DNA of 64,000 bases from Octopus vulgaris (GCA_951406725.2 OX597814.1:116994001-117058000); one strand, 5' to 3'; shown: positions 1-17,240, counted from the stretch's first letter. The notes: generated by a model from the sequence alone, not told the origin. Translations and numbers: made by a program.

Positions 1-1011
1 ATATATATCAAATTGAATACGCAACCGAAACAGCTACCAATAATTTCATATTACTTGAACAGATATATATAAAATTCGCTCAGGATCTTAAAGCAATCAT
101 TCAGGCTCTGTCTCTGTGTGCGTGTGACTGTGAAATTTATGACGTGCAATACTTTACAGATTAAGATTTCATAATTTTTTCAGCGCATTGCTACATATGT
201 TTCGTCATGACATGTATTTTTATGGGAAAACCTCACCATACTCATAAGATATCATTAGATATTATTTATAATATCCAGGGATCCTATACAACTCCTATTA
301 ATTCGAAATGCATACTTCTTCAGGCAATCTTTGCATTAGTTTTCGCCAAATTACTTTGTTGTTTAAGCTTCAGGATATTAATCATTTTACAGCAATCAAA
401 AATTCCTGTTGGACAAATGGCCTGTGCTTGTAAATCCTTAAAAATTACTAGATTGATGGATGTATTGATAGGGCTTGTTTTGCATATCAATGCAAGTGGG
501 CATGGAAGGTGAGAAAGAGGACGAAAAAGACTGAAAGAAGCGGAAGGAGATAAAATTGTGAGTTATATTCAGTTAACTGAGAGCATACAGGACGACAAGA
601 AAAATAATAGAATGAAAGAACTGAGTATTGCAGAGTTGAGAGAAAGAAACGGAAAAAGAGAAGAGTGAGTGTTTTAAGGATGAGATTTAGTTGACATGGG
701 AATGTCATTCTTCATCACCACCCGTGTGTCGATAATGAATAGACAACCTTTATAAATAAAATGGTTAATAAAAACTTTTTATCATTATCATTTTCCAGTT
801 AATCATTTGGTAGAAACCGAATTATTTTATTCAATGGGTTTTGTGTTCGAAGGTATTTCACTTGGCTCCCGCTGTGCTGCCAATCTAGGCTTCTTAAAGT
901 GGGAAGATCTTTGTACTCATAGTTCTATTAAACCCTCTGTTTAATAATGACTGCATTTTCACCAGTTTGTTATACTTCGGGCCTTTTTGCTCATGTATAT
1001 TTCATTGCTGT

Positions 1012-1262
1012 GGAGGCGAGTGGCTTAATGGTTAGTGTATGAGCATCATGATCGTAAGATTGTGGTTTTCGACTCCTGGACCGGGCGTCGCGTTGTGTTC
1101 TTGAGTAAAACACTTCCTTTCACGTTGCTCCAGTCCACTCACCTGGCAAAAATGAGTAACGCTGCGATGGACCGGCGTCCCGTCCAGCTGGAGAACACGT
1201 ACGTCATTGAAACCGGGAAACCGTGCCCATGAGCCTGGCTAGGATTTAAAAGGGCGCAAAAA
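1012..1262 (+). mobile_element. tRNA-derived SINE, family A (V-domain-like body)
   Basis: A box TGGCTTAATGG, B-box-like TTCGACTCC; body GCGATGGACCGGCGTCCCGTCCAG; homologous to 2455-2720 and 42918-43166; imperfect 15-bp TSD ATATTTCAT(T/C)GCT(G/A)T at 997-1011 and 1263-1277. Confidence 0.85.
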
Positions 1263-1904
1263 ATATTTCATCGCTATCATGTATTATACTTACATTATTA
1301 TGCATATAAGTCATTCCGATATGTCTTTTAACTATTGTCAGCTACATCTATACATGTAATATTTCTAATAATTTTTTTTTATTTCATATATTGGTTCTTT
1401 ATTTTCTGAATATGTTCCCAGAGTTCTTCTAGCGTCTGGTTTAGCTGCTATGGATGAATATTTGGTGTTTGCTTTGCACTGATTTTTCAAACTCCATGAA
1501 AGATTTCTTGGTTTGTGTGCCGACAAGATAATGCCGCCTCCAAATGTATATTTGTTATGTGTTCTTTATATATGATAATTTCAATACATTAGTTGCCTAC
1601 CCGTGATAACCCGTAATAAGTTTTGACATTTTTCACTATTAACAGTTTATATGTAAATTCTTCTCTGCTCGGTTTTGATCTCCAGGTGATGATGTGCAGT
1701 GGCTCGTATTTTCATCTGAAAATTATGCAATATAATTTGAGAGACAATTCTTCATCGTGTCATTGGATGCACTGATGCACACATATTTTCCTGCACTCCC
1801 ATATATTCACATTTATAAATCATGTCTCGTCTACCGCAGTTGTTTTAAAATTTACACTCTTCTACGCATACAGTTACTTGTTATCGCATTGTGTATGGTT
1901 TTAT

Positions 1905-2230
1905 TATTCAGTGTTTAGAGCGTCAGACTCACAATCATGAGGTAGTGAGTTCGATTGCAGGGTTGGGCTGTGTGTTGTGTTCTTGAGCAAGACACTTTAT
2001 TTCACGTTGCTCCAGTTCACTCAGCTGTAGAAATGAGTTGCGATGTCACTGGCGCCGACCTGTGTTGGCCTTTGCATTTCCCTTGAATAACATCGTTGGC
2101 GTGGAGAGAGGAGGCTGGTATGCATGGATAACTACTGGTCTTCCATAAACCACTTTGCTCTGACTTGTGCCTCGAAGGGTAATATTCTAGGTGTAATTCG
2201 ATGGTGTTTCATGAGCGAAGGAGGGCTTTA
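1905..2230 (+). mobile_element. tRNA-derived SINE, family B
   Basis: tRNA-like head (CAGTGTTTAGAGCG...GAGTTCGATT); shares GTGTTCTTGAGCAAGACACTTTATTTCACGTTGCTCC with family A but has a different 3' half; homologous to 15113-15440. Confidence 0.8.
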
Positions 2231-2454
2231 AAATTTTTACTCCTTTTTACTGCATAAATTCCCTCTGCTGAGCACAGTGCTATTCGACTGCATGCACTCG
2301 CTGCTATGGAAGTTCAAATAGTTGATTCTTTGTTGTTGATCTATGTCAGTCACTATGACCCTGTTTTTACCAGGTTCTTAGTTTACCGTGAAAGAATCAT
2401 TCACCTCTCCCCTTATATTCTTCCCAATAGAATATTTGTTGTTCATCTTCCTAT

Positions 2455-2720
2455 TTATTTAAATAAAAAAATAAATACGCCTTCTCGAGCCATGCTAGGC
2501 TCATAAGGGCCGGTTTCCCTTTTTCAGTGGCATAGAAATTCCCCACATGGACGGGACGCCTGTCTGTCGCAGGATTACTCATTTTTGCCAGCTGAGTAGA
2601 CTGGAAGAACGTGAAATGAAGTGTTTTGCTCAAGAACACAACACATCGCCCGGTCCAGGAATCGAAACCACAACATTACGATCATGAGTTCAACACCCTA
2701 ACCATTAAGCCACGCGCTTC
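2455..2720 (-). mobile_element. tRNA-derived SINE, family A
   Basis: Reverse-complement homologue of 1012-1262; CCTATTT on both sides. Confidence 0.85.
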
Positions 2721-4135
2721 CCTATTTCTCTTCATTAGAGATTTTTTTCAACTTTTAAAATTTACTTCATTCATTTTTTGTTATTAAATTTATGTGTATA
2801 ATATTCTATTTTATGCGAAATTGCGTACGCTAATTTTACTTTGTGTTTGCTGGGAGTTTTGTAATATCTAGTCGACCGAAGCAAGTGTCTAACCTGTGCG
2901 GAGAAGAATTTGTCCCCTATTTTGGACTCAGCTTGTCACTTTAGTAAGTGGAGATTGGCAGCACAGCGTGAGTCAAATAAAATACCTTCTAACCCAAAAC
3001 CCATTGAATAGAATAATTCAGATGGGAGTTGACTAATCCGAAAAGGATAATAAAAAAAAATAATTCTTATTCACCACTTTATTTATGACATTTTTCTGTT
3101 CAGTAGAGGAAAACGGGAGGGTGAATTGGGGTTCAATTCCCTTGTTAACTAAATATGTCTCATCCTTAATACACTCTATCTTTTTTTTTTTTTCAGTTTC
3201 TTTCTCACTTCTACACGTTCCCAAGTTCTTTTATTCTTTTATTCTTCTTGCCTTCCTGTATGTACACACAACTCACAATTTTATTTTCTTCCTCTTCTTT
3301 TCTCATCTCTTTCGTCCTCATCCAACCTTCCCTATACACCTACATTGGTATGTAAAGGAAGAACGAAATTATCCCTCGCAAAGTTCATGCCTCTATCAAT
3401 CCATCGATCAATCTAGTAGTTTTTAAGGATTTACAAGCATGGCCTATTAATCCAACAGATCTGTTTGATTGGTGCAGAATGAATAATGTTCTAAAATCTT
3501 AGCAACAAGGAAATCCGTCGTATACTAATGCAAAAATTGCCTGAACAAATATGCATTTCGAATTAATCGGCACGCATAGTATTCGTGGATAGTATAAATA
3601 ATATTTAATGATATCTTATGAAGAGGGTGAGCTGATTCCATAAAATATATGCCATGTCGAAACATATGTAGCAATACTTTAATAGAAATAGAAAATCTCC
3701 ATCTGTGAAGTGTTTATCGTTATTACTGTACTTATACTACGCTACACGGAGGACCACAAATATAACAACCTATACAAAATGAACTAGGCATGTTCAGTAC
3801 CGGTTTCAGTCATTGAGACTTTTTCAACTGTAAGTATGGAAAACAATTACATTTTAGAAATAGTAAAAGAAATATTTTTTAAAAGAATATTTGCACAGTT
3901 TTCAAATACAAGTGGCATGTTCCTGGTATCTGCTTGTCTCTATCTCTCTTTATTACTCTTGTGGGTTCGAGGTCGTTGTGAATTCTTGGTAGGGAAGACG
4001 AAGATGAAGAAGAAGAAGGGGAGGCAGAGGAGAAGAAGTAGGATAAGAAGAAGGAGAAGAAGAAGAAATAAAAGAAGAATTTGGGAGTGCCATGACAGTG
4101 TCTGTCTCTCTATAAATTTATATGTATGTATATAT

Positions 4136-4458
4136 TATTAGTAATTGTAAGGAGAACGGAGATTTTTCAACTCCACAATTTCATTAAACATTTATTTACA
4201 GGATACCAAAGGTTTCATTAAATTATCGATATGAAAATCTCCGTTCTCCCGATCATTATTAATACTATTACTTACTCTACGGAAAGCGTGAAGGCTTCAA
4301 TAGGACGCTTGGATTTACCAAGCGAGAACAGTTAACCGATTCTAGCAGCTTATTGTTAACTCAGGTATCAATAAAGGACCGTTGTGGTTAGCCAGCATCT
4401 GAAACCGATTTAAGAGGAAATACGGTAACCGCCAGGCTAATATATTCTTTTGAAGTCA
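4136..4458. repeat. Probable Penelope pLTR relic with short inverted repeat
   Basis: GGAGAACGGAGATTTT (~4151) inverted as AAAATCTCCGTTCTCC (~4234); minus strand has the 3' half of an HHR (GAAA-CCTTTGG-TA); abuts long (TA)n. Confidence 0.45.
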
Positions 4459-4609
<151 letters not shown>

Positions 4610-4759
4610 GTATGCATATATATATATATATATGTATGTATAAATAAATTGTGTATATATATATATATTTATGTATATATGTGTGTATGTATGTATGTGT
4701 GTGTGTGTTTCTGTGTCGGTGAGTGTGTGTAAAATTTCATCAAGATATTATGAAAACAG

Positions 4760-6492
<1,733 letters not shown>

Positions 6493-6500
<8 letters not shown>

Positions 6501-7400
6501 AGCGGGACCTGATTGCAATATACAAGTGGGCAGAATTAAGCAACATTCAATTTAATGATGGAAAATTTGAAGCGCTGCACTATCAACTCATAAATGCACT
6601 TCAGCCTGCATATACATGACCCCAAGGCACTACAATTCCAGAGTCACAGGCAGTGAAAGACTTAGCAATCAGTATGTGCTATGATGCATCATTTCATATG
6701 TACAGTACGAAAATGGTAGCAACTGGGAAGATGGACACTAACGTCCTTCAAGACAAGAGACCAAGAATTTATGTTGATCCTGTGAAAGGAGCTTTGTCCT
6801 CAGCCGCCTGGACAACTGCTCTCAGCAGTTATGGTCAACACACAGTGCGAAGATAATAGTGGAGTTTGGAGTAGTCCAATGTCACTACGCTAAAATGATT
6901 GGAACAGTACAACCGATGAGCTACAGGGAGAGGCTGTAAAAACTACAACTTTGCTTCTTGGAGCGAAGATGCAATAAATAAGTAATAATTTATATATGGA
7001 AAACGCTAGAAGTGTTAATACCTAACTTCGGCATGATATGATATACAAATGCCAGAACTGGACGCCATTGTGTTGTATCAAATCTACCATCCACTCCATC
7101 TAAATAACAAAACTCAAACCTATTGTCATAATGAATATGTATTAGACTTTAACGCACTTCAATGCGCTGCCATAATAACTAAGAGACCTACCTAATTTGA
7201 ACGTAGTTGTGTTGTGTTCAAAGCGGAACAGGGCATCCTCCTCTCTACAATACCGGATAAACCGACGGCCCGACATGGCGTTCAGACGAGGGCATCGGAT
7301 TCAACTTACCGGACTCACCAAATGGGACAATAGCTGGAACAAAGGCACATACAGGAGAGGTGGTGTGAACCATGCCAGCTTGAAGAAATTAGTGAAACCA
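6493..7400 (+). mobile_element. Degraded CR1/L2-group LINE, RT C-terminal region
   Basis: Translation across stops/frameshifts: [30 protein letters not shown]...VKDLAI...SRLDNCSQLWS...MSYRERL*KLQLCFLERR...IYIWKTLE. Confidence 0.8.
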
Positions 7401-7469
7401 CTCTTATTCTCCAGCATGACTGTAACTACATGGCTGAAATGAATAAAAGAAATAAAAGAAACATAAATA

Positions 7470-7935
7470 CAAATTATCAACAGTCGAAGACAACAACCAG
7501 ACCTGAAGAGACTTCTAAGGTCAGATTAACATTTGTAAAAGAAACGACGCCAGTAGCTAATTGTGGAGACCTCTGTTGCAGGACATGGGAATTAATTGAA
7601 CAAGGGACATTCAGAAGTTTCAATAATGGCAGGGAATTAAAAGTGAATGGAAACATGTATTGCAAAAAAAAATAAAGGAAAAAACTCATCTACTGCATCA
7701 CAATAAAAACTACATAGGGGAGACAGGAAGCAATCTGACCAGCCGTGTAAATGTGCATAAACAACAAATTAGGAATTAATCTCTTAGGAATGCCTCATGC
7801 AGTGAACATCTGGATATTTGTGCAAATGGTAAATTTACAATGTTTTCATTTTACAAAATAAACGATGAAAATGACCGACTGCGAAAACCAAAACAAGAAT
7901 ACTTTATAAGAATTCTAAATCCGAAACTAAACCGA
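7470..7935 (+). mobile_element. Penelope-like element, GIY-YIG endonuclease fragment
   Basis: RRQQPDLKRLL...NCGDLCCRTWELI...LIYCIT...YIGETGSNLTSRVNVHKQQI...CSEHLDIC...RLRKPKQEYFIRILNPKLN; IY/YIG motifs preceded by a Cys-rich linker. Confidence 0.8.
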
Positions 7936-8589
7936 AAATAACATCCAACACTTCATATAATAAACAACGATAAAAGAATATTTACATATTCCCTTTTTAC
8001 AAAATATTAGATAAAAATGATTACCTATGAAAAACAAAGGAAGAATAATTCATAAGTCAGAAAATAAACCGAAAATAGTTAATACAGCCACTACTATCTC
8101 CTCTTTTATACATTATCCAAGAATGCGTGTGTTTGAAAACATAATCGAAAACGCTTACACAAGCTAGAGAAGAAACTTCTTCCATAGACCCCCCACACAC
8201 ACACACAAACAAACGCACAAAGATAACAACAGATGGATTGTGATTCACAACAGCTGTCAGACATGAATTTCGTTGATGAGCAGAAGTGTTACGTTATGCA
8301 AAAATAAAAATGTTTTGTTTTCCATCAGTGGAATTCCAACAAACAATTATACAAAGCTGTATCAGAAAACGATGTCACATTTTAAACTCAATGATGTGCA
8401 TATTTTTACTGTTCTACTTACAGACTTTAATTGTAATGTGCGAATTACTTGTTTAATAACTTTTTCTGAAAATCCAGCTAATCCAGACTGTCAATTAGGC
8501 ATCTTACATACAAAATCAAGTGCACCAGTTATTATTAATATAAATATGAATTTGTATTTCGGATAAAGGAGCTGCAGGCTTCGAAACAG

Positions 8590-8720
8590 ATTGGATATCC
8601 TTATTGCTTATTTTTATTATAACCACCTTATTTTAAATTGTATGGATAATACCGTACTAAATTCTGGTGCCTCAACTTAAGTACCATATGAATCTGAATT
8701 TAAATTTTTACTGAACTTAT
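8590..8720 (+). repeat. Dispersed repeat, second copy at 36696-36812; possible pLTR tail
   Basis: GGATATCC...TATGGATAATACC...AAATTCTGGTGCCT...AACTTAAGTACC...CTGAAC shared by both loci; the second copy runs into (TA)n. Confidence 0.7.
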
Positions 8721-9066
8721 GAATATATACATGTAGATAAAACACACATATTTATGCGTTGTGAGTTGTTCGCAGTAAAAACCACGCTACTACAAGGTCA
8801 CTTATATACTGTGCAATATAGTTACCAATTGCATTTTTAATATAGCCATGAGCAGAGCAATGCCGTATCGGTGGAACTAGTTGATGCCAGATGTGGAGAA
8901 GCATTCGGCTACATACGTATCTGCTTGCTTGCCTACCTACCTACCTACCTACCTAAATGCTGCACTGACACACACACATATATATGTATCCATACATACA
9001 TATATATGCACATATATGTACATATACATATATACACATATATTTATACACAGATATATATATATT

Positions 9067-9116
<50 letters not shown>

Positions 9117-10608
9117 AATGTGTATATATCTATATATCATAAAAGAATAGCACAAACACGTACGATGTAATTCATTAACGATTTGGAGAAGAGCGGTGCT
9201 GTAGCCGATAGCATATTTTTGTTTTATTTTCGCATATCTTGAAGATTTCAGCAAAATCAGAACTGAAAGAATATTATAATTAAAAAAATCTAATAGAGAA
9301 TAAAACTGACTAATTCAGTCTTTTAAATTGAACAGAGTTTCTATATCTCCAGTAAATGATTCAACAAGCCTCCTTACATTTCTTTTATATTAACATGTAG
9401 TTTGATTACTATATTATATAGCATCAATTCATATAGATTTGAATGCCACATTGAAAAGATGTTATTGATTGCTTCCAAGATTTGCAATATAAGCACTATT
9501 TCCTGAATTTCTGACGTGATGTCTGTGATGTAGTTTTTGTTACTTATAGAAAACAAAAAGCGGGAAAATACTAAAGGAATATGAATAATTGATGTTTCTG
9601 TAACTGTCTTCAACAAGATAAGTATTCTTTAGTAAACAGTCTCAAGCAGTGTCTCAAGCAGTGTCTAATACACTTGAATAATAAAACCTGCAAAAATATG
9701 TTTGTAGCTATATGTAGGAATGTAAAAAATTGATTCTTTAAACGAATACTGAATCGAAGAAAAAACATTATATTTATTATTAAGACTATAAAAAATCCAA
9801 ACCAAAAGAAAAATATAGGAAAGAGAAATATTGTTTGATTCGATCCTATATTCAACTCAAATGTCTAATCTGTGGCAACAGCAAATTCCATTAGACGGTT
9901 ATGTAAACATTCTGCAAACCCTCATTTGTGATGCATGTCTTGCAATAAAAACCATATTAATAACCTCTACGGCTACGCCTCAAAGTTGGTCGTTCAAAGA
10001 ATGAACATAAAAAGTTCTACGAATGGAATTATTCAAAATATATTAACTTAGCCACATTATATACCGTGTCCGGTATATTGATGAGAAATGTCTCCCAAAG
10101 TTATAATTCGCCAAGAGAATAAATTGAATAAACTGAGTTCAGATTCACAAGTAGGTACACGGGGCATATATAACTATTTCACCATCAGTTGAAGATTATA
10201 ATACAAATTCATTATGTTAAAATGTTTCTGTTTGGTAACATATGATTTCAAGTAGTTACTGGTGCATTGGCAAACATTGAAAACTGCAATATCACACGAT
10301 ATAAAGATGTATATTTTATCTTTTTGCAAACACTTTGGACAAGGTTACTTAAATTCAGAGATTACATGTGCAAACATCTCTTCTCTTTTAGCACATCCTC
10401 TACATATAACCGAGATACTTTCTTATATTATACTTTTACTGATATATCTTGTTTACACTGTTAGATGCTATGCGCCTAAGACAATACCCACGTCTCAATC
10501 TACCAAATTTCCACGTGTAACCAGGCAATAACATCTAATCTCGATGCTTTCTGAACTGCACGCATTTATTTCTTTCGTCAAACATCTCGCTCCTATTATC
10601 AAACTTAC

Positions 10609-10663
10609 CTCGTCAGAATTAACTGCATAACCTTTATACTTTTTATATTCACCGCTACACAAC
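10609..10663 (-). other. Candidate 55-nt exon of an unidentified transcript
   Basis: Acceptor TTTTTTCTTGTAG| and consensus donor GAG|GTAAGT on the minus strand; two frames open; no recognisable homology. Confidence 0.25.
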
Positions 10664-10940
10664 CTACAAGAAAAAAGGTTCTTCATGCTTTTTCTCAGCA
10701 ATTTCCTTGTTTTCCTGATTACCCTATGAAGATATACATTTGTCTGTTTGAATTTTCTAAAGCTGCATCATGTGACAAATGCAGTTCTTCATTTTATTAC
10801 AGAGGAATTATTAACACCATTGAGTTTAGACTTTATTTTTTCTCTATGTTTCAAAATATTCTTTGTCTTCCATTTTTTGAAAGTCTTTTATATGACCAGC
10901 ATCCAATCCTTATACACATACACACACATATATATATGTA

Positions 10941-11080
<140 letters not shown>

Positions 11081-11711
11081 CACACACAAACACAAATACA
11101 CACATATATAACCTGTTCGGTTGATGTAACCTGACATTGCTGTGGTATGTTCCTTCTTTCTTCACAAGGATCGCGTACAAAGAATTACGAAATTCTATTT
11201 TGCTGCCGCGGTTAAACACACTAATACTACTGAAAAGAAGCAAAATTCGATTCTCTCTCAACTTACATATAACTTAAATCATGAATGAAGAGCAAAATGT
11301 TAATTATCTCGTACTTCCTCAGGCTATATTTATGTTTTGTTTTTCTCCTGTCTCTGCAGAGTGGGTTACAAGTAATGACACATAATTGACGTAAAAGAGA
11401 TTGCTGTTTGGAAAACACTGCAGTTATTTCACTGCAGGCGTCCTGCAGCTGCTAGTGTTCTTTTTTACTTTTTTTTTCTCCAAATTTATTATGCTTACTC
11501 TTACTAGTCCAGTAATTTTATTTGGAATTTTGAATATTTTGCAGCGAATATTTTGAAAATAGTATAGTTAAGGACTATGTTATATACTTTCCTTGTAACT
11601 GATCCGCTTTATATATACTGAACCAATTGTTCTTCCCTTGCAATTACCGATAATCATCTCGCTAATTAGTAATTAGTCTTTTCTTTCTCATGGATTTTAT
11701 GACCAACTCTT

Positions 11712-11928
11712 TCCTCTTTACTCTTTTACTTGTTTCAGTTATTTGACTGTAGCCATGCTGGAACACCGCTTTAGTCGAGCAAATCTATCCAAGGACTTAT
11801 TCTTTGTAAGCCTAGTACTTATTCTATCGGTCTCTTTTCCCGAACCGCTAAGTTACGGGGGCGTAAACACACCAGCATCATTTGTCAAACAATGGTGCGG
11901 GGACAAACACAGACACACAAACATACAC

Positions 11929-11976
<48 letters not shown>

Positions 11977-12140
11977 GACGGGCGTCTTTCAGTTTCTGTC
12001 TACTAAATCCACTCACAAGGCTTTAGTTGGCCCGATGCTATAGTAGAAGACACTTGCCCAACGTGCCACGCAGTGGGACTGAACCCGGAACCATGTGGTT
12101 CGTAAGCATGCTACTTACAACACAGCCACTCCTACGCCTA
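11712..12140 (-). mobile_element. tRNA-derived SINE, family C (internal microsatellite)
   Basis: Head AGGCGTAGGAGTGGCTGTG...GGTTCAGTCCC, internal (TA)n/(TG)n, tail CCAGCATGGCTACAGTCAAATAACTGAAACAAGTAAAAGAG; homologous to 54875-55250, 59138-59518, 42105-42250. Confidence 0.85.
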
Positions 12141-12569
12141 CGTAGCTTCACCGAGAAACAAGCTGAGAAGAAACTACTCTTTAGTAGACGTGGCGAATGC
12201 CTATCACGTTTGATATAATCTACCGGAGGACCGATTTAACTTTGCCCAGGTTCCATATAACCTGTCTAAGGCGACTGCTCTGTGCTTCATATGAAAGGGA
12301 AAGTTCTATTACTCCGAAAGCAATCAGCTACCAACATACTGTAGAGTATGAGCTCGAGAGGTCGTAGTTACTGCGGTGCTCTGTTTGATCCATCCGCCAA
12401 TATTTCTGAATGGTAAGCACGCATTTCTGCAGTTTATCTTGTTGAGAGAGACAACAATATTCAGGTCACAGCCGGAAAATGCAGTCAGATTAACTTCCAT
12501 TATAATAATATATATGAGACTGATGTTGTAAAAACATCCCCCAAAATACGAGATTATTATTATTATTCT

Positions 12570-13209
<640 letters not shown>

Positions 13210-13213
13210 TATT

Positions 13214-13670
13214 GAGTGAGAGAGCAGTGCATGCCATCAAAGTGACACTGGGGTAAAATATACGAAGCCAAATATACCCATCATGACTACCCGTCTGATA
13301 AGGGTACACCAGGCACATGCATCACAACCATATGTTCGCGACATGGTGATCTCATATCAAGATAAACAGCACATGACCTTGCAGGTGGGGCCCAGTTATA
13401 ATTTTCTTCAGGTTGAGTAGCCCATCCCGCTCAAAAGGTCCCTGAATAAGGGTTGCTTAATGATGTTGAAAGAACCACCCATGTTTCCAGAGGTGAATTA
13501 TTCAAACCCCAAAGAATCCCGCTCAACACATGGCTATGATGCTCCCCCACTACTTCTGCTCGTGATCAGAGATGCACATATCGTCAGCCACTAAGGGACA
13601 TGCTCAACTGATTAAGGCAAACAACTGACAAGCAAACCTGTGGTATTGAGCAGAATATTTGCTGTAGCCC
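13214..13670 (-). mobile_element. Non-coding ~540-nt (AAT)n-associated retroelement, 5'-truncated copy
   Basis: Reverse-complement match to 51771-52227; bounded by (ATT)n-type repeats. Confidence 0.85.
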
Positions 13671-13819
13671 TATTATTGATATTAATATTATTATTATCAT
13701 TATCAACATCATCATCACCACTACCACTACAATCACCACCACCACCACCATCATTATTATCATCCTCATCATCATCATTATCATCATCATTGTTGTTGTT
13801 TTTGTTTTTATAGACTAGG

Positions 13820-14351
13820 AGGACAATGCATGCCATCAAAGTGACACTAGGGTAAAATATACGAAGCCCAGTTTACCCATCATAATTACACGTTTGATGA
13901 GGTTACACTAGGCACATGCATCACAACCATAAGTGTGTGACGTTGTGATCTTATATCAAGATAAACAGCGCAGGTCTTTGCAGGTAGGACCCAATTATAA
14001 TTTCTTCATGTCGAGTAGCCCACCCCGCCCGAAAGATCCCTGAAGGAAAATTGTTTGAGGATGATGAACAAAACACCCATGTTCCCAAAGGTCAATTATC
14101 CAAATCCCAAGGAATTCCTCACAGCACATGTCTCTGATGCGCCCCTATTACTTCCGCTTGTGATCCGAGATGCAATATCGTCAAAGACGTAGAGATATGC
14201 TAAACTGGTTAAGGTCAAACACCTGACAAGCAAATCTGTGGTATTTAGCAGAATATTTGCAGTATCAAAACAAAACAATGTAGATGAGAACACTTCCAAT
14301 CAGTTAAGATCCGAATCCATGAGAAACACTGCCTGGTACTGCATCAGGGCG

Positions 14352-14352
<1 letters not shown>
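13820..14352 (-). mobile_element. Non-coding ~540-nt (AAT)n-associated retroelement, diverged near-complete copy
   Basis: Homologous to 13214-13670 and 51687-52227; shows the 5' end ACGCCCTGATGCAGTACCAGGCAGTG next to (AAT)n. Confidence 0.8.
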
Positions 14353-14393
<41 letters not shown>

Positions 14394-14415
14394 ATTATTA
14401 TTATTATTATCATCC

Positions 14416-14457
<42 letters not shown>

Positions 14458-14467
14458 CCATCATCAT

Positions 14468-14521
<54 letters not shown>

Positions 14522-14837
14522 TATTATTATTATTAAATCTCATAATTTGTTAGAATGGTTGGAGGGAAGCGAAAGGAACTTGTACAATATGTTATGTCCT
14601 CGTTTGAAATTGTTCAGCTGTGGGTTTTCATCCTCCCAGGGTCTATAACACATAGGAATAGTAATAACTGAGATTGAGTTAATCTTTTTATCAACTTCCG
14701 CCTAAATTTCTTGCCTTCTTACCAAATTAGGACAACTATTATTAAATCCTTTTACTGTCTCTGTCACTTTCAATATGTATATACACACACACACATACAC
14801 ACACACATACACACACACATACACACACACGCACGCG

Positions 14838-14929
<92 letters not shown>

Positions 14930-15112
14930 TTTACTTTCAAGACCCATATAAGTGCATATTTGGTCGATTTCATGATAACCGTTAAAACACAATCTGAAAG
15001 TTGCTGGCTTTAGTCACATGAAATTTTTTTCAAACCGGAAGATAGATGTCATATCAACAGACGGCAAACTTAAGTCTTCTAATCAAAATCAGATATCTTC
15101 CAGTTCTTTTAT

Positions 15113-15440
15113 GTATGGCTCAGTGGTCAGAGCGTCGAGAATACGAACGTGAGTTTGTGAGTGCGATTCCTGGACCAGGCTGCCTGTTATCTTCCTGAGC
15201 AAGACACTTTATTTCACGTTGCTCCTGTTAGCCAAGCTGTAGAAACGAGTTGTGGCATCACTAGTGCTAAGCTGTATCGGCCCCTTTGCCTTTCTCTTAG
15301 ATAACATCAGTGGTGTGGAGAGAGGAGGCTGGTATGCATGGGTGACTGCTAGCCTTCCACAAACAACCTTACCCGGACTTGTCCCTCGTAGGTTAACTTT
15401 CTAGGTGTGACCCCATGCTCATTCATGACCAAAGGGGATC
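15113..15440 (+). mobile_element. tRNA-derived SINE, family B
   Basis: TGGCTCAGTGGTCAGAGCG head; homologous to 1905-2230. Confidence 0.8.
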
Positions 15441-15672
15441 TCCTGCCCTCATGTAGGCCCCTCTCGCCCAGCCCTTATGTAGGCCCCACTCACCCAGCCC
15501 TTATGTAGGCTTATACAGCAGGCTCAAAAGTCGTGCCCCATAAAAAGCGTAACTTGGGGGCAGACCACCGCACTCACCTCCCCCTAGCCATGCTACCGTC
15601 TGTTAGTACACTACTTATGTATCACACAGAGACACACTGCACACACACACACACACATATACACACAGACAC

Positions 15673-15716
<44 letters not shown>

Positions 15717-16665
15717 GCAGGCTTCTTTCAGTTTCTGTCTACCATTAATCTAATGACTCCACCCTGCCAGGAGTAGTACAACCTTAGTTTGCTCTTTTCA
15801 CCCTGGCCACCCACCAAGTTTTTTATACAGGCATATACAACAGGCCCCATAAAATGCGTCAGACCGCCACTCTCACCTCCCCTTTGCTTACACTACTACC
15901 TACATAGGTGTATATATATGTATATATGTATATCGGTGTGTGTGTGCGCGCGCGCGTCCTCGAGTGGGTATTCAGAAACTCGAGAGATAACTACATAAAT
16001 AATAGAGTGAGAAACATATAGGAATGTTTTGTTGCTGCTACTGCTGTTGCTGATTCTACTGCTGCTGCTGTTGATGATGATGATAATGATGTCGAGGAAA
16101 GAGATATTTCTACATGAAAACGAGATGATTGCTGATGGAATCAAAACACTTTGAACAGAGCTATGCGACAATCACCTTGCAGGCAAATTAAACAAAGGGC
16201 TATACAGACAAAGCCATATTATATACATATGTGTTCTTGGTGTATATATATATATAAATACACACATATACATACACATATATACACACTCACATACACA
16301 CAGACATAATATGTATACATTTATTTATATATGTCTTCACAGAAGCACGCGCACGCAAGTTACTGTTTATATAAACATACATATTACTTACAACACACAC
16401 ACCACACACTCACACACACTCACACACACATACACACATACATATATATTTTAGGTGTATATTTTAACATATATCCTTACATAAATACCGACATAACTTT
16501 ATACGCATACTACACTCCATAGAAGAATAGAATTATGCCAGGAGCGATGACCTAACCAGTGAAGACTTTTACGAAATTGGCATTATTGTGGATTCTTACA
16601 ATAATTCAGTATTAGCACCGTTCATTATTCAGTCTATCTATCTATATGTATAGACGTATCTGCAA

Positions 16666-16739
<74 letters not shown>

Positions 16740-16789
16740 ATATATATATATCTGTCTGTCTGTATGTATGTCTGTCTTTCTTTCTCTCT

Positions 16790-17240
16790 GGCGATCCATT
16801 TGCTCTCAACACCCGTTAAAAGGAGGGCTGGGCATGTCGTGGTTGATGATGCGCTTAGACTGCGACATCTCCGGCTCTACGTAGACGACGGTGAACAGGT
16901 GTGGTAGCCGTTTGTGAGGCACGCTTTCCCGCAGGTCATCACCATGACCAAACTGCAGTCGTGGATGAAAAAGAGGCCGAGGAAGGGCGAATGACACCGC
17001 GAGTGTCGCGTTGCTCTCAAACAACTATGCCGTCCCGGGTCGACCTTGAGTGACTTCAACACAACCAAAGCATTCTATAGGGAATTAGTGGAGGGGAGGT
17101 ACGACGACGATTTCGGGGCGAACCTGGCCGTTGACGAGGAATACCTGACCCGCATGTTTAAGTCGACTTTCGGGCCGCGATCTATGGACAACTTCCAGAG
17201 ATCCGTGGTATTGTAGTGCTACCGAGAAGCGCTACCCGTT
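16790..17240 (+). mobile_element. L1/Tx1-like LINE ORF2 fragment (post-RT region)
   Basis: GC-rich island; HPLKGGLGMSWL...TTKAFYRELVEG...MDNFQRSVVL*CYREALPV resembles the GGLG and W..LH.ALP region of Tx1/L1 ORF2; (CTAT)n on both sides. Confidence 0.6.

Noticed and set aside
393-508. Candidate plus-strand exon (TTTTACAG|...AAG|GTGAGA)
   Set aside because: Such sites arise by chance; peptide unrecognisable and no partner exons
8553-8600. GGAGC/GCTTC hairpin followed by GAAA-CAGATTG
   Set aside because: Upstream core (TCGGATAA) and UH site do not fit; at best a heavily decayed HHR
9880-10250. Possible further GIY-YIG relic
   Set aside because: Too degraded to read convincing motifs
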